In this document: piece after piece, positions 36,489 through 49,543 of the stretch
Layout: every line of letters starts with the position of its first letter
Position numbering within the stretch: the stretch's first letter is position 1
Assembly: GCA_951406725.2 (NCBI GenBank)
Contig: OX597816.1
Coordinates: 36,518,001-36,582,000, forward strand
DNA length: 64,000 nt
Source of the DNA: Octopus vulgaris
Taxonomy: Eukaryota
Direction of reading: 5' to 3'
Program-made: the position numbers and the translations under genes
Notes under the pieces: model-generated
The model's database searches: none
Told to the model about the DNA's origin: nothing
The model's input: only the letters and a program-made list of their open reading frames with translations

Positions 36489-36716
36489 CATAAATATGTA
36501 TGCAGATATATATAATATATATAAATATGTATATATATATATGTACATATATATGTATGCGGATATATATATATACATATATATATGAGTGTGTGTGTGC
36601 GTGTGTGCGTGCGTGTGTGTGTGTGTGTGTGAAAGCGCATAGCTTAATTCTTAGGGTGTTGCACTCAAATTTCGACAAAACAATGGAAACACCTTAAAGT
36701 TTCAAACACATTTATT

Positions 36717-36962
36717 TTAATATGGGGTAGGACCGCCTTTAGCAGTAATTACAGCTTGAATTCTACGAGGTATGGACTAATACAAAGTTCGAATTGTTTG
36801 CAAAGGAATTTTCGTCCATTTTTCAGCTAAAACTGTCACCAGTTCTTGTAGTGATGATGGTGGAGGATATCGACTCCTTTGCTATTTTTCTAAAATTCAC
36901 CATGAATGTTCAATAATATTGAGTTCTGATGACTGTGCTGGCTAAATAAGATGTTCAACTTC
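36717..36962 (-). mobile_element. Tc1-like transposase C-terminal fragment
   Basis: Minus strand reads PAQSSELNIIEHSW..PPPSSLQEL..KWTKIP..SIPRRIQAVITAKGGPTPY*. Confidence 0.8.
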
Positions 36963-37124
36963 ACAAGATCCCACAACCATAAGATGAATTTGATTAGATA
37001 AAATGTTTAATTAGTCTTCACTATTAATTTTGCCACGAACGGAAAGCAATCGGTAGGCGGAAGTCCAAGATATAGGACCTCAGGTCATCACATATCATTC
37101 TAGCATGTTTATCAAGAAAGTAAT

Positions 37125-37355
37125 AAAATAAAGGGAAAGCCAATCTCGAAGGAGGGAGTTAAGGGTGAGAATTCGAGGGCAGTATGTAAGGGTTGGTCAA
37201 AAGAGAGGAAGGCGTCTAGTTATTCGCGGAAGAGTGACGGCGCACCGATTCAGTCATCGTTAGCATAACTGTATATTTCGGGAGTGGGACCAAAGAATCA
37301 TGAGGATATTTGGTCTTCAACGTAGCCAGCGAACAGTTTCGCATTGTTCGCATGT
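37125..37355 (-). pseudogene. Penelope-like RT fragment
   Basis: Minus strand AKLFAGYVEDQI..GPTPEIYSYANDD*IGA..LDAFLSF..LHTALEF resembles PLE RT domains 4-6. Confidence 0.65.
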
Positions 37356-38095
37356 GTGAAAAAAGCGATGGTTGCATGTGCTTAGTGCCTCACTATGTTT
37401 ATTTAGCAGCACTGGAGAGTTGTGCTTTAATATTTGTAATGCCTCCTTCAGGCAAAGCTTGCAGGTTGAGCGTTGACCTCGGTAGGGAAGCCCAGAGTCC
37501 AGTATGAACCATGACAGAGTGTAGGATATATTTGTATTTTTGAGATGATGTATGTGGTTGGCGAGCGTTGTAGATTTACTATGTTTATTGTATCGATAAG
37601 AATGGAGGTGAGTGGCATATCGTTGCTTAAAATGTTTGGTTGATCCTATGAATATGGCTGTGTAACAGATTAAGGACAGTGCATTTGTAAATTACATTAT
37701 ATCTTCTGCAATTACAATTAGGTGAATTTTGGGGATAGTGTTCAGTAATAGGGGAGGTAATATCGTCGGAAGAGGGGTTATAAAAGGGGTTAGAAGATTC
37801 TATATTATTAGTATTATTAACGTTATCATTACCATCATTGCTATTATTACTATTTTTGTTATTAATTTAATATTTTTAAGGGTGTTAGAGATTGTGGTGG
37901 TGTTCCTGGAAGTGTCAGTAGGATGTGTTTAGTTGTTGTAAGTAGGATGGGTTAGGTTGTTGTTGTGGTCTAATGTAAGGATATCATGCTGGAGCTGTGT
38001 GTGTGTTGAGTGTTCGTATTACTAGAGTTGTAGTATGTGAGTTTTGATAGTAAAGAGAGATGTTTTGCTTATTAGAGGCAGCTACATGCATATAG

Positions 38096-38172
<77 letters not shown>

Positions 38173-38659
38173 CATGGTATATATATGTATATGCATGCCT
38201 ACCTCGGCTGGTGTCGTTTCCATTGAAGTTGTTCTCGATTATCCGCTGGTTTCCAAAAATAATATCTGGAAAAATAAAAATCAATTTAAGCAAATTCACT
38301 CGACTTTACGTCCGTCGGTCACAAATATTGGAATCGTAAAGTCGCTAGAAAACTGTTAAAAGCACATAAAATTATGTTACCGTATATTAAATAAGAATCA
38401 AAGCATATAAAATCATATTAAAATACGTACAGTAAATGTTAAGATACATACCATAAAGTATGTACAAAATCATGACATAAGCTCTGTTATCTTATTGGGC
38501 TTTCGGAGCTCATATTGCACTATAGGTCCAACATTTATAATCAGGCATTGCTGTAACTCGTGATATCTGCGATTATTTTGAATTCAGGTTTGTTTACTTT
38601 TTCATTCTCATTCATTAGTGACATACATATATATGTTTATTAGTAGTGATACTACTAGG

Positions 38660-39171
38660 TATTTAATTAATAAACACAATATTTATAATAAGAAACGGAA
38701 ATCAGTAACATGTAAAGCCTCCTCATCAACTGTTATTAATGATTTTTCTTATAAAGCATGTGATCGTAAAAATAAAGTTAGCTGTATGGTTAAAAATTTA
38801 AGTAAAATTAAAAATGCAGTATACCAATGTGAAGTTACCATAGAAATTAATAATAAATATATTTATATTGGATCAACTAAAAAAGAAATTAAGAATCGTT
38901 TATCAACAAATTTATATACATTTCGGAATAGGAGATTCAACGGGTCTAAGTAAATTCATATGGAAGCTTAAAGATCAACGAATAAATTTAATCTCGAATT
39001 GGATATGTAGGTTACTGCACCTAGCTATAATATACGAAATAAGAAGTGTGTTCTTTATTTGAATGAGAAATTATTTATTATAATGGCTACACTTCCTTTA
39101 CTTAAATTGCGGAATGAAAAATTAATTCTTGCCTACATAAAAATAAATATGTATTTACTAGATATAAATGA
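38660..39171 (+). pseudogene. PLE GIY-YIG endonuclease remnant (probably Naiad-type)
   Basis: NAVYQCEV..YIYIGSTKKEIKNR..STGLSKFIWKLKD..PSYN..CVLYLNEK..LLKLRNE..CLH across frameshifts. Clade assigned from memory of motif spacing. Confidence 0.7.
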
Positions 39172-39390
39172 TTTTTATTACTTATTATTATAGGCTGCTA
39201 TATTGAAACCTTATGATAGATAATTTTATCTATTATTTAAAGCAAATAAATAACTTTCATGATTATAATTTAAATTATAAATAGAACTTAATTATTTTTC
39301 CCATTCTAAAAATGTATGTAAATATAAATTGTTGAAGATATTTGTTGGTCCTTGTATATATATACGCATGCACACACACACACACACACG

Positions 39391-39451
<61 letters not shown>

Positions 39452-39741
39452 TTACACATCCTTATACATGGAAAAAGTCACGTACACATATGTGAAGGTG
39501 TTTGTGTATATATGACGGTGTATATATCAGAATATATATGTGTCCAGGTATATATAAGGGTATATATGTAAGTATAGGTGTATTTGTGCGTATATATAGT
39601 TATCTAGACACATATGAGTAGCTATGTGGGTATATGTATGTGCATATATGTAAGACTGTGTATATATAAGTGCATATGTATGTGCAAATGTGCGTATATA
39701 TATATGCATACTAATGCATAATTACATACATATATACATAC

Positions 39742-39805
<64 letters not shown>

Positions 39806-40186
39806 TTATTTATTTATTTATTTATATACATCATACTAATGCAACTACATAGCTGCCTATAATGGGATACACATGAAGATATGGCGTATTTATCTTGTTT
39901 AATTTGTTGTTCGGCTCGCTGTTCGTACTAGAGACATTTGCTTAATATTGGTATTACTTTGGTTTTGATGTATGTGTAGAATTTATTTGTCTATGTCTGT
40001 ATAGATTAAGTTTCGTTTTTCGTTTTCTTTAAACGTATCGATATGCGTATATGAGAGTAAATGAATAACTTGATATATGTGAAGATATAGCGTATTTATC
40101 TTGAATACTGTTTTATTTTGGCTCGTTGTTTGTATTTGTATCACTTTGTTTTTGTTGTATGTACGCACTTTAATTGTTTATTCGTT

Positions 40187-40907
40187 AACCGTATCGAGTT
40201 GTCTTTGTTTTTCGCATTGCTTCTATAAATGGGAAAGTAGTCCACCTATATATACTTTAAACTATAATTTAAATAAATTGTAAGTAGGATTTATATTATA
40301 AATTCTTCTATTTAGATTTGAATTAATATATAACACAACGTTTTACCATAACTATATAGGCATGTGTGTATGGAAATGTATATGTATGCATTTTGTAAAG
40401 ATATATATATTTATATATATATATATATCTTTATATAGATATATAGATATAGCTATGTATATATGAATATATGTATATATGAATATATGTATATATGAAT
40501 ATATGTATGTATATATGAATATATGTATTATAATGAAATCGATTATAGAAGTAGATAATAATAGATTTAAATTTAGGAATCTACGTAATTTCAGTTAAAT
40601 TATTTATTTAAAATTAAGCTCGCTCTCAAAACGATTTTTTTGTTGATTTTTTTTTGAGCGTTAACAGTTATAAAAAGTTTCAATCGCTAATTTTCATGGA
40701 ATAATTATGAAGATATGTTAATCCAATAAAAGCTAATTATATCTAAACATTCTTGAAAAACATGGGTTCATTAATGAAGTGGAAACAGCTGTAATTTATG
40801 AGTCGTGTCATTTATTAGTATAAAATAATTGAAAGCAATTGAATTTATTATTTAATAATTCAATTCTGTAATTGTCCAATTTGTTGTTTTGGTTTCCATT
40901 TCTAATT

Positions 40908-40971
<64 letters not shown>

Positions 40972-41321
40972 CATATATATTTATATATATACAAACGTAC
41001 ACTATCCATTTATGTATATATACATACACACACATACATATATACATATGCATATTCGCATACACAAGTTTATATATTCAGTTATATCTATACCTATATA
41101 CATATATCTTTACAAAATGCATACTTATACATTTCCATACACACATGCCTATATAGTTATGGTAACACATTGTGTTATATATTAATTCAAATCTAAATAG
41201 AAGAATTTATAATATAAATCCTACTTACAATTTATTTAAATTATAGTTTAAAGTATATATAGGTGGACTACTTTCCCATTTATAGAAGGAATGCGAAAAA
41301 CAAAAACAACTCGATACGGTT
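40187..41321. repeat. 220-bp inverted repeat whose inner ends lie in (TA)-rich tracts
   Basis: 40187-40406 pairs with 41102-41321 with only a handful of substitutions. Confidence 0.9.
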
Positions 41322-41599
41322 CAGTGGAATATTGGTATACACGCACATAATTTTATGAACTTTTTAATAATTCCTTCTGGAAATTATCTTTTACATTTTC
41401 TTGAGAATGTATATATTTGTTTTAATCTTTTGTGCCCAATATTTCAATGGACTTGTTAAACAATTTTATGTTCTTAACAAGCTCTTGTCACCAAAGAATG
41501 TATATATATATATGTATTGTAGTACTCTGTGACAACCAATATTCTGTGCGTGTTTGAATATACAGATACAATACCAATATCCCACTGAACTTTTTAATA

Positions 41600-41740
41600 A
41601 TTTTAAGGCACTGGAACAAAAGAAAAGCGACACAATTATCTAATCATATTTGGTCTTTAAGAGATAAAGGTGTCGATTATAACATACAATGGAAGATTTT
41701 GGCCAGATGTAAGAAAACAGATAGAACATGCTTTCTATGT
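41600..41740 (+). pseudogene. PLE endonuclease C-terminal remnant (Naiad-like)
   Basis: TQLSNHIWSLRDKGVDYNIQWKILARC..TCFLC. Confidence 0.7.
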
Positions 41741-41927
41741 TATGTCCCAAGAAGAATTTATATATTTTTATATATTTTTATATATTTTTAATGTATTTTT
41801 ATATAATTTTTACATAATTTTTATGACGAAAAATGCGAGCGATGTATAAGTACGCTGGCAAGCAGAGTTATAACAGAGTAATTTCCCTTTAAATAACGGT
41901 ATTTTTTCATAACGTTTTCAAATAGCC

Positions 41928-41990
41928 AGATAACCGAAGAGACGGTGTTGTGGATTTCCACTTCGGCATCTGAAACTCAGAGTTTTATCT
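41928..41990 (+). ncRNA. Hammerhead ribozyme motif (U4C variant) downstream of a PLE remnant
   Basis: Stem I AGAUAA/UUAUCU (6 bp); CCGAAGA; partly decayed long stem II; GAAA; stem III ACUC-A-GAGU; GUU triplet. Confidence 0.78.
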
Positions 41991-42086
41991 TGACTACCGA
42001 GTAATGTAACATATTGTATAGATAAATTTCCTCTATTTACATAATATTGAGGTCTCTTTCTTTCTTTTGTTATCTTACCGTTTTAT

Positions 42087-42162
<76 letters not shown>

Positions 42163-42975
42163 GCAGAAATCCATTTACTTTGATAGCTACACATTTGAAA
42201 ATTGTTTTGCTTCATTTGTCTTCTCAACTAACGTTCCTTTCAATAAACTGTTGCATGAAATATCAAATTGTGGCTTAAAATCATATTATAAAAATCGAAG
42301 AAAACCTTAAATCAAGAATAACTTATGAAGAGGGAAATAGGCCTGAATTCCCGGCGTAAATAATTAGCTGTAAAAATAATAATAAAACTAAATTAATAAT
42401 ATAAAAGATATATCCGTTTAACAAATTTTCACGTTAAAATACTTTATTCATCTAGCAATACATACACATTCCAAGCAATCTTTAGTATACTTATATACAT
42501 TAAACATACACACGTAGGTACATGGCTACATACATATACAGACATATGTAGGCGAAACATAAATATTTACAAATGAATATATATATGTATGTATGCACAC
42601 ACGCACGCGCACAAAACGTACTGGTGTGTGCTTATAGAACTTATTTGTTAAAGGCGAAAGAAAGGAAAGGAAAAGAAATCAGTGAATAACAAGTAAGGAA
42701 TGAAGAGAACATAAAAGGGTAAACGAAGAAAACGAAATGAAACAGAAAGGAACAGAAAATTAGAGATAGAAAGGGGAAAATACATAGAGGTAAAGAGAGT
42801 GAAATGGTTGGCGTTCCCATAAGTATTTAACGAAAGTTACATACTTCGTTCAGTTTGAGAAACGCATAAATATAAAAACGCAGACATAAAATTAATACAA
42901 GCATGGATACAAATACACCCACATATAGACACGAATACAAATATACAAATAAATATGTGAGCAAATACATGCCCA

Positions 42976-43044
<69 letters not shown>

Positions 43045-43053
43045 GCATTCACG

Positions 43054-43090
<37 letters not shown>

Positions 43091-43091
<1 letters not shown>

Positions 43092-43263
43092 GGCGCAGGA
43101 GTGGCTGTGTGGTAAGTAGCTTGCTTACCAATCACATGGTTCCGGGTTCAGTCCCATTGCGTGGCACCTTGGGCAAGTGTCTTCTACTATAAGCCTCGGG
43201 CCGACCAAAGCCTTGTGAGTGGATTTGGTAGACGGAAACTGAAAGAAGCCCGTCGTATATATG

Positions 43264-43295
<32 letters not shown>

Positions 43296-43512
43296 CGTGT
43301 GTGTTTGCGTGTCTGTGTTTGTCCCCCAAGCATTGCTTGACAACCGATGCGGGTGTGTTTATGTCCCCGTCATCTAGCGGTTCGGCAAAAGAGACCGATA
43401 GAATAAGAACTGGGCTTACAAAGAATAAGTCCCGGGGTCGAGTTGCTCGACTAAAGGCGGTGCTCTAGCATGGCCGCAGTCAAATGACTGAAACAAGTAA
43501 AAGAGTAAAGAG
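43091..43512 (+). mobile_element. SINE family A, full length, near consensus
   Basis: Runs from the AGGCGCAGGAGTGGCTGTGTGGTAAG head (box B GGTTCAGTCC) to the CAGTCAAATGACTGAAAC tail. Inserted at (TA)n. Confidence 0.93.
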
Positions 43513-43573
43513 AAATATATATACATGAGAGCATTGTAGTTCGTTTGAATAATTGTGTGTTGTTTGTAAAGAA

Positions 43574-43878
43574 TAAAATGATTCAAATGGTACAACGATG
43601 CACTGTAATACAAACAATGGGCTATATACGTGTTGTAATTTAACCGTCTTTAGTCTCATAGCTTAGAACGTTGATCAAGCTTTATGAGAAACGCTCTGAC
43701 ATTGGATGCCAAAAGCCGTTAAAAAAAGGAATATAGCAGCGATTCCATCAATTCCTAGGGCTATCTGAGAAAAGAATTTTATTCCGAAATATTATCAGAC
43801 TATGGATGGCTAAATTACAAAGGTTTATAGCCCATCGTTTGTATTATAGTGCATTGTTGTACCATCCGAAACATTTTA
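43574..43878. repeat. About 75-bp imperfect inverted repeat
   Basis: 43574-43648 pairs with 43804-43878; the ORF track shows paired YYSA.LYH..HFI translations. A decayed HHR-like string CUGAGAA..GAAU/AUUC..GAAA..AUC lies at 43765-43797. Confidence 0.75.
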
Positions 43879-44052
43879 TCACTTACATATATATATATAT
43901 AACCATTCCAACATTCTTATACAGAGAAACTCACCTCCCAAAAAAGGCAAGAAATATTAAGCGATTATCTCCCTTACATCGGAAGAAATCACTTATTACC
44001 TTCCCTTATCTGGAACTCTCTTTTACACTTCTCAACGAAAACATAACGATGT

Positions 44053-44092
44053 AAGAAATTTGAAAAGCTGAACGCGAAACCGGTCATTTCTT
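44053..44092 (+). ncRNA. Minimal hammerhead ribozyme with U3-A8 core
   Basis: Stem I AAGAAAU/AUUUCUU (7 bp); core UUGAAAA; stem II GC/GC; GAAA; palindromic stem III ACCGGU; GUC triplet. Confidence 0.75.
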
Positions 44093-44233
44093 CAAAAACT
44101 ATGTCATTGTATGAAAAACATTTATAACATTCTTCTGATATAATGACTCAAATATATATTTTTTAACCTTTTAAAACAAGCCTTCTGTAGTTTTTTCACT
44201 TTTTACTATTTTCTATATATATATATAAATACA

Positions 44234-44332
<99 letters not shown>

Positions 44333-44699
44333 GTACAGAAATTCATACATATACATACAACCACATACCTACAATACATACACATATATAGAGAGAGACA
44401 TATCTGCACATCAAACATCATAAAAACTGTCTGGTAGATATAAAATTAAAATATTAAAATAAGGAAGTTGCACAATAAATTTCACAATAATTTAACCTAA
44501 CATAATTAAATGCGAGAGTGATCAATAAAAATAAACCTAGGCGAAACTTAAGTTTAAATTTGTAAAACATTGGAACGATTTCTCAAAAGTGAAGTCGAAA
44601 TATACACTAGCATTGTAATACAAAATAATTGTAAGATGTGTGTAAAGTCAAATTCAAATACGACAGTCGAAATTTTTCCGTAAGTCCAAACATTTTACT

Positions 44700-45440
44700 C
44701 ATACGGTTTTATTCGGTTGACATTTTAATCCTCGCGGCGTGCCAGCAGGAATTTAAGAGCTCAGGTCTTAGGTTCAAAGTATGTTTATCCTGGAACAGGA
44801 TGGAGAACTTTTCTGAGATGCAAAATTACAGTCCATGTTTATTTTTATAAGCTCCATGTCTGTATGATGATGCTTTTTATAGAATTCCCCAGGTTATATT
44901 GAAAGGACGGGTGTTATTCTCTTGCAATTCCCAGCTATGCTTTGCAAGACTAGTTGCTGTCGTACTCTCGGGGCATCGGAAAGAATCCCAGTGGAAATAG
45001 AATCGAGTCTTGAATGAATCTTCCGAATCCCCTGTGCAAGTTTTATATTCTTGTAAGCCATCTACTTGCACTTTGGCTCTATAAACAATTCCTTTTTCAA
45101 GACATTTACCTTCCGACGAACAGTAAGTCTTATCTTTGAAGTTGCAGTGGCTCAGATTACATTCGGTACTGTGGTTGTTCGTAATAATTTTCGTGCTATG
45201 CTGATTCATAAAAGAAGCAAAGTATTTGCAACAAGAATAGCTAATCGTCAGTTTTCTCTTATTAAAAATTTTATAGAATTTATGGCTATATTGAAAAGGA
45301 AATTAATTCTAAGAATTTCCTACCTGTAGTAGTTTTTACGGTAATATTAATTGCTGGGTTAAACAACAAAACTTTCGTAGTTCTTGTTTTACGTGGTCTA
45401 TTATTGTTAGAATAAACTTCACTATACTCGATCTTCTCCG
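44700..45440 (-). pseudogene. PLE linker + GIY-YIG remnant (Naiad-like)
   Basis: LFNPAINITVKTTTGRKFLELI; CNFKDKTYCSSEGKCLEKGIVYRAKV..FKTRFYFHWDSF..TSLAKHSWEL..ITWGIL; CISEKFSIL..LNLRPELLNSCWH. Confidence 0.8.
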
Positions 45441-45456
45441 AGATATATACGACCCT

Positions 45457-45621
45457 AGGCCCAGGAGTGACTGTATGGTAAGTAGCTTGCTTACCAGCCA
45501 CTTTGTTCCGGGTTCAGTCACATTACTTTGTAACTTGGGCAAGTGTTTTTACTATAGCCTCGAGCCGAGCAGAGCCTTGTGAGTGAATTTGTTAGACGGA
45601 AACTGAAAGGCGCGAGTCGTA

Positions 45622-45671
<50 letters not shown>

Positions 45672-45900
45672 CGTGTGTATGTGCTTGTGTCTGTGTTTGC
45701 TCCCTCACCCACCCCAATATCGCTTGCGAACTGATGCTGGTGTGTTTACGTCCCCGTAAATTTGCGGTTCGGCAAAAGACACCGATAGAATAAGTACTAG
45801 GCTTACAAAGAATAAGTCCTGGGGTCGATTTAGTCGACTAAAGACCTTCCTATAGCAGGGTCACAGTCAAATGACTGAAACAAATAAAAAGATAAAAAGG
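45457..45900 (+). mobile_element. SINE family A, full length
   Basis: Head-to-tail match to the 43091-43512 copy. Confidence 0.9.
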
Positions 45901-45961
45901 AAATATATATATATACATATATAAATGTAAGCATATATATGAATGTATGTATATATATAGG

Positions 45962-45992
<31 letters not shown>

Positions 45993-46051
45993 ATATATGC
46001 ATATGTATATATATATGTATATATATATATATATAGGTATGTGTATATATG

Positions 46052-46112
<61 letters not shown>

Positions 46113-46113
<1 letters not shown>

Positions 46114-46505
46114 AAGTTTCAACTCAGAGCTGCGGCCATGCTGATGCAACGCCGTTTTGCGCTACATTGTTATTACTAGGAGCCTCCTCTAATATGTGGC
46201 ACTTGATGAAGAATGGAGATTGATATAGTTACCCTCATTTGCACCTCTTGCCGTGAGGTAGGCTCATCTGGGACTATTGACAGGAAGAGGTCCAGCTTCG
46301 ATTTAAAACCCCCTCCATCTACTTTGTGCACGTTCCTCCGACTCATTGGGAGGATACTAAAGTATGTGGGCCATTGAAACCCAAGCTGTTGCAGTAACTG
46401 GTCCTGAAGCGTGATGGCATTGCTGGGATCTTTGGCACCATGTAGTGTCGTCCCGTTCTGACATTGGTGTAGCTTTCAATGCCAAAATTTGGCACAATTC
46501 GTTCC
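46113..46505 (-). mobile_element. CR1-group LINE 3' end (same family as 9080-10270)
   Basis: Paralogous to 9085-9440 (VPNFGIESY..VPKIPAMPSRFRTSYCNSLGF) with the same 3' tail ending at (TA)n. Confidence 0.88.
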
Positions 46506-46955
46506 ATGTATATACCCACACACACATATGTTATCTAAACAAAAATCTGATTAAATCCAATGGGTATTACTAGATAATGTTATTACTTTATATACTTGTG
46601 GGGTGTAATTAAATGCAAATTATAAGCTAGTCAATGTTTATTTGTTAAAGGTACCAACAGAAATCATAAACATATACATACATACCTAAACCTACTTGCA
46701 TGTGTGTGCATACTTAAATATATTAATACAAAACACTTATGTATTAATAATTGGGTATTCTATTTGCAGTATATTGGATAGAATTATCTCCCTTAGTTGG
46801 TCAGATTCACAATCTCTAACTCTCTTGCAATTATGTATATATATAATTTACGGTATCAGCCTAAATTATAATGTTAATAATAATTATCACCTTTGAAGGT
46901 TTTTATTTCCATGCCACTTGATAAGATCGATTTTAATTTAAATTAACGATCTTAT

Positions 46956-47014
<59 letters not shown>

Positions 47015-47027
47015 TAATCCAAACAAG

Positions 47028-47212
47028 AAAACAAAAAAACAACAACGCAAGGATGTGGAACAAATAAAGTATTATTGGACGCTCAGGAAAGAAGGAAAGA
47101 AGGAGGGTTTGATGTTTCGAGCGGAGCTCTTCGTCGGAAACATAGGAGAAAGAAAGATCCCGAGACGGGAGGACAGAGGAAAAGAATTGCAGGTGGTATT
47201 CACGAGGTCACA

Positions 47213-47258
<46 letters not shown>

Positions 47259-47443
47259 TGTGACCTCGTGAATACCACCTGCAATTCTTTTCCTCTGTCC
47301 TCCCGTCTCGGGATCTTTCTTTCTCCTATGTTTCCGACGAAGAGCTCCGCTCGAAACATCAAACCCTCCTTCTTTCCTTCTTTCCTGAGCGTCCAATAAT
47401 ACTTTATTTGTTCCACATCCTTGCGTTGTTGTTTTTTTGTTTT
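47028..47443. repeat. 416-bp perfect palindrome centred on (TA)20, arms derived from an HHR-bearing repeat
   Basis: 47028-47215 is the exact reverse complement of 47256-47443, and the central 40-bp TA tract is itself palindromic. Confidence 0.95.
47330..47364 (+). ncRNA. Minimal hammerhead motif (U4C; mirror copy at 47107-47141 on the minus strand)
   Basis: GUUU-CCGACGA-A-GAGC(UCC)GCUC-GAAAC-AUC-AAAC. Confidence 0.7.
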
Positions 47444-49422
47444 ATATATATATATATCGGGCAACGCGCATACAGACAACAAAACTGGAGAATTTGGGAA
47501 TATATTTAGTTACCTCCTCATATTCTTTTACGCGTTTCAGTGAAGATGTCATGACCGAATGATATAAACTTCATCACCTTATTCAGTTTTAGCATCGTCT
47601 AAATGGATTATGTTTCTTGCCTCTATATGAGGCGGGGATTTTGTTTTGTACGTTTATGTTTAAGTATATGGATGTTTATATTCGCGTGAGTATATTAACG
47701 ATTATTTGTTAGTTCGTTTGTGTTTGTAAATTAGATTACTTGGGAATCTTTTATGAAAGTTTCAAATTACAAGTATAAACTGAAGATTAAGCTTCAAATA
47801 TCCAAAAACATATGTAATTCCATGTTCTGTTAGGTACTTGTGAGCATACTTCACGTTTGATTAAGACTTTAGTGACGCATTTATTTGGTTTATACTTCTC
47901 TTTATATGTATTTGTTTAAATGTGATTAAATATTTTTGTGGAATGTTAGAAGACAAGAATGAATATTCATTGTAAAAACGTTAACATTTTCCCATATATA
48001 TATATATATATATTCTATTTCCTACAGTATGGCATATAAGATAGAGGCCGATAAATCTCGGTATATCAGGATGCAATGAAATATAAGTATCTTATATTGT
48101 GTATTTAGTTTTTTGTATATTGAATTTAGTCTAGAAAAACAGACCCAAGCCATACATATGCATGCCAGTAGAATTAAGTGTGCTACGTTTTTTTTCTGTC
48201 TATGAGATAGCTGTAAAGTATATTACATATTGTTTCTATGTATACAATAGAACATATTTATATAATCTTATATGATGTAATATTTTAAGTAAAACAGCGA
48301 CCAAAGTTTGCTCAGATTTTCTATTACGACAGAGCCAGCAAAAGATATCTTAAAAATTAATCCATCTGTGGACACTAATGTGAAAATAAATAGTAAATTT
48401 GGTTCCATGGTTTCAATCAATATTTCGTTACTTTAAGTCTGGTTTTCAGAGCACAGGATTCGAAGACGTTAAATTGATACTGAGAACAGAAAATAAGCCA
48501 TAAAGTGGGTATAATATGTTCAATGCAAATGAAACCTCGGTTCTGGAGCTCAGCAAGAAACCGGAGCTTTGATGTAGGTGATTATAAAACTGCATGACTT
48601 TGGAAGAGTCAATTTCCTTCAGTACGGATATACCATCATATTTTTTTGCACAAGAAACATTTTTCACATCAAATAAAATATGTATAGAAATTAATAGCTT
48701 AAAACCAAGGATAATGGCAATATTGTCACGAGTAAGAATGTAATTTAGACAGCAAGCCATTAGATAAATCCTCATTTCGAAGATTATGATTTTGCGATGT
48801 ATGAGTTAGAAACAATGGTTTCTGGTTGAGAACCAGACAAAGTAGTTGAAAAGATTGAGGTAGTCAAAGCGCTCAGACTCATCACTCGTCTGGTAGTTCG
48901 TTTCGTCGCCCCCCCCCCCCCAACCAAAACGCAAAACTGACCTCGATTGCATTGGAACTTAGAACGAAAAACCGAAACAAAGAATCTTTCGCCGCTTTAG
49001 CAATTGAGCTAGCTCGCCGCTTCAATGAAAAATGCATGCAAAATGACATGCTTAATAACAAGAAGATATGAAAGAGGCCCATTACATCGCGTATTCATCG
49101 AACATCTGCATGTAATATATTCATACTTTAATACAACTTAATCGTTATATCTTGTTACAAGTATTCGTGTTTGGTCACTGATTGCAATATACCTTCCAGT
49201 ATCCATACTACCAGTCGTGAAAACCATGTAAACATTCCTGCTCAATGTCTTGCCTCCAGACTAAGCACAAAAATATGTACAAAGTGTTTCATAAATTTAT
49301 ATTACATATTACTTCCTAAAACATTGATCATATGGAATCCAATTCAACTTGCGAATAACCATACAATTCCTTCTTTCTGTCTTATGAATGTTACACAATA
49401 AAGTTGCACACACTCATACACA

Positions 49423-49487
<65 letters not shown>

Positions 49488-49497
49488 TGTTTGTATG

Positions 49498-49543
<46 letters not shown>

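Noticed and set aside
40440-41825. Regularly repeated units (ATATATGAATATATGT; TATATTTTTA) superficially like an array
   Set aside because: Simple tandem minisatellites without unique spacers in a eukaryotic context, so not CRISPR.
47521-47592. Minus-strand CUGAAUA..stem..GAAACGCGUA hammerhead-like string
   Set aside because: The palindromic stem III is suggestive, but G8 is mutated and stem I does not pair, so it was not called.
48440-49100. Non-repetitive-looking segment with short ORFs; possible host exon or transposase relic
   Set aside because: No recognisable motifs or convincing splice-bounded frame. It needs BLASTX or RNA-seq.
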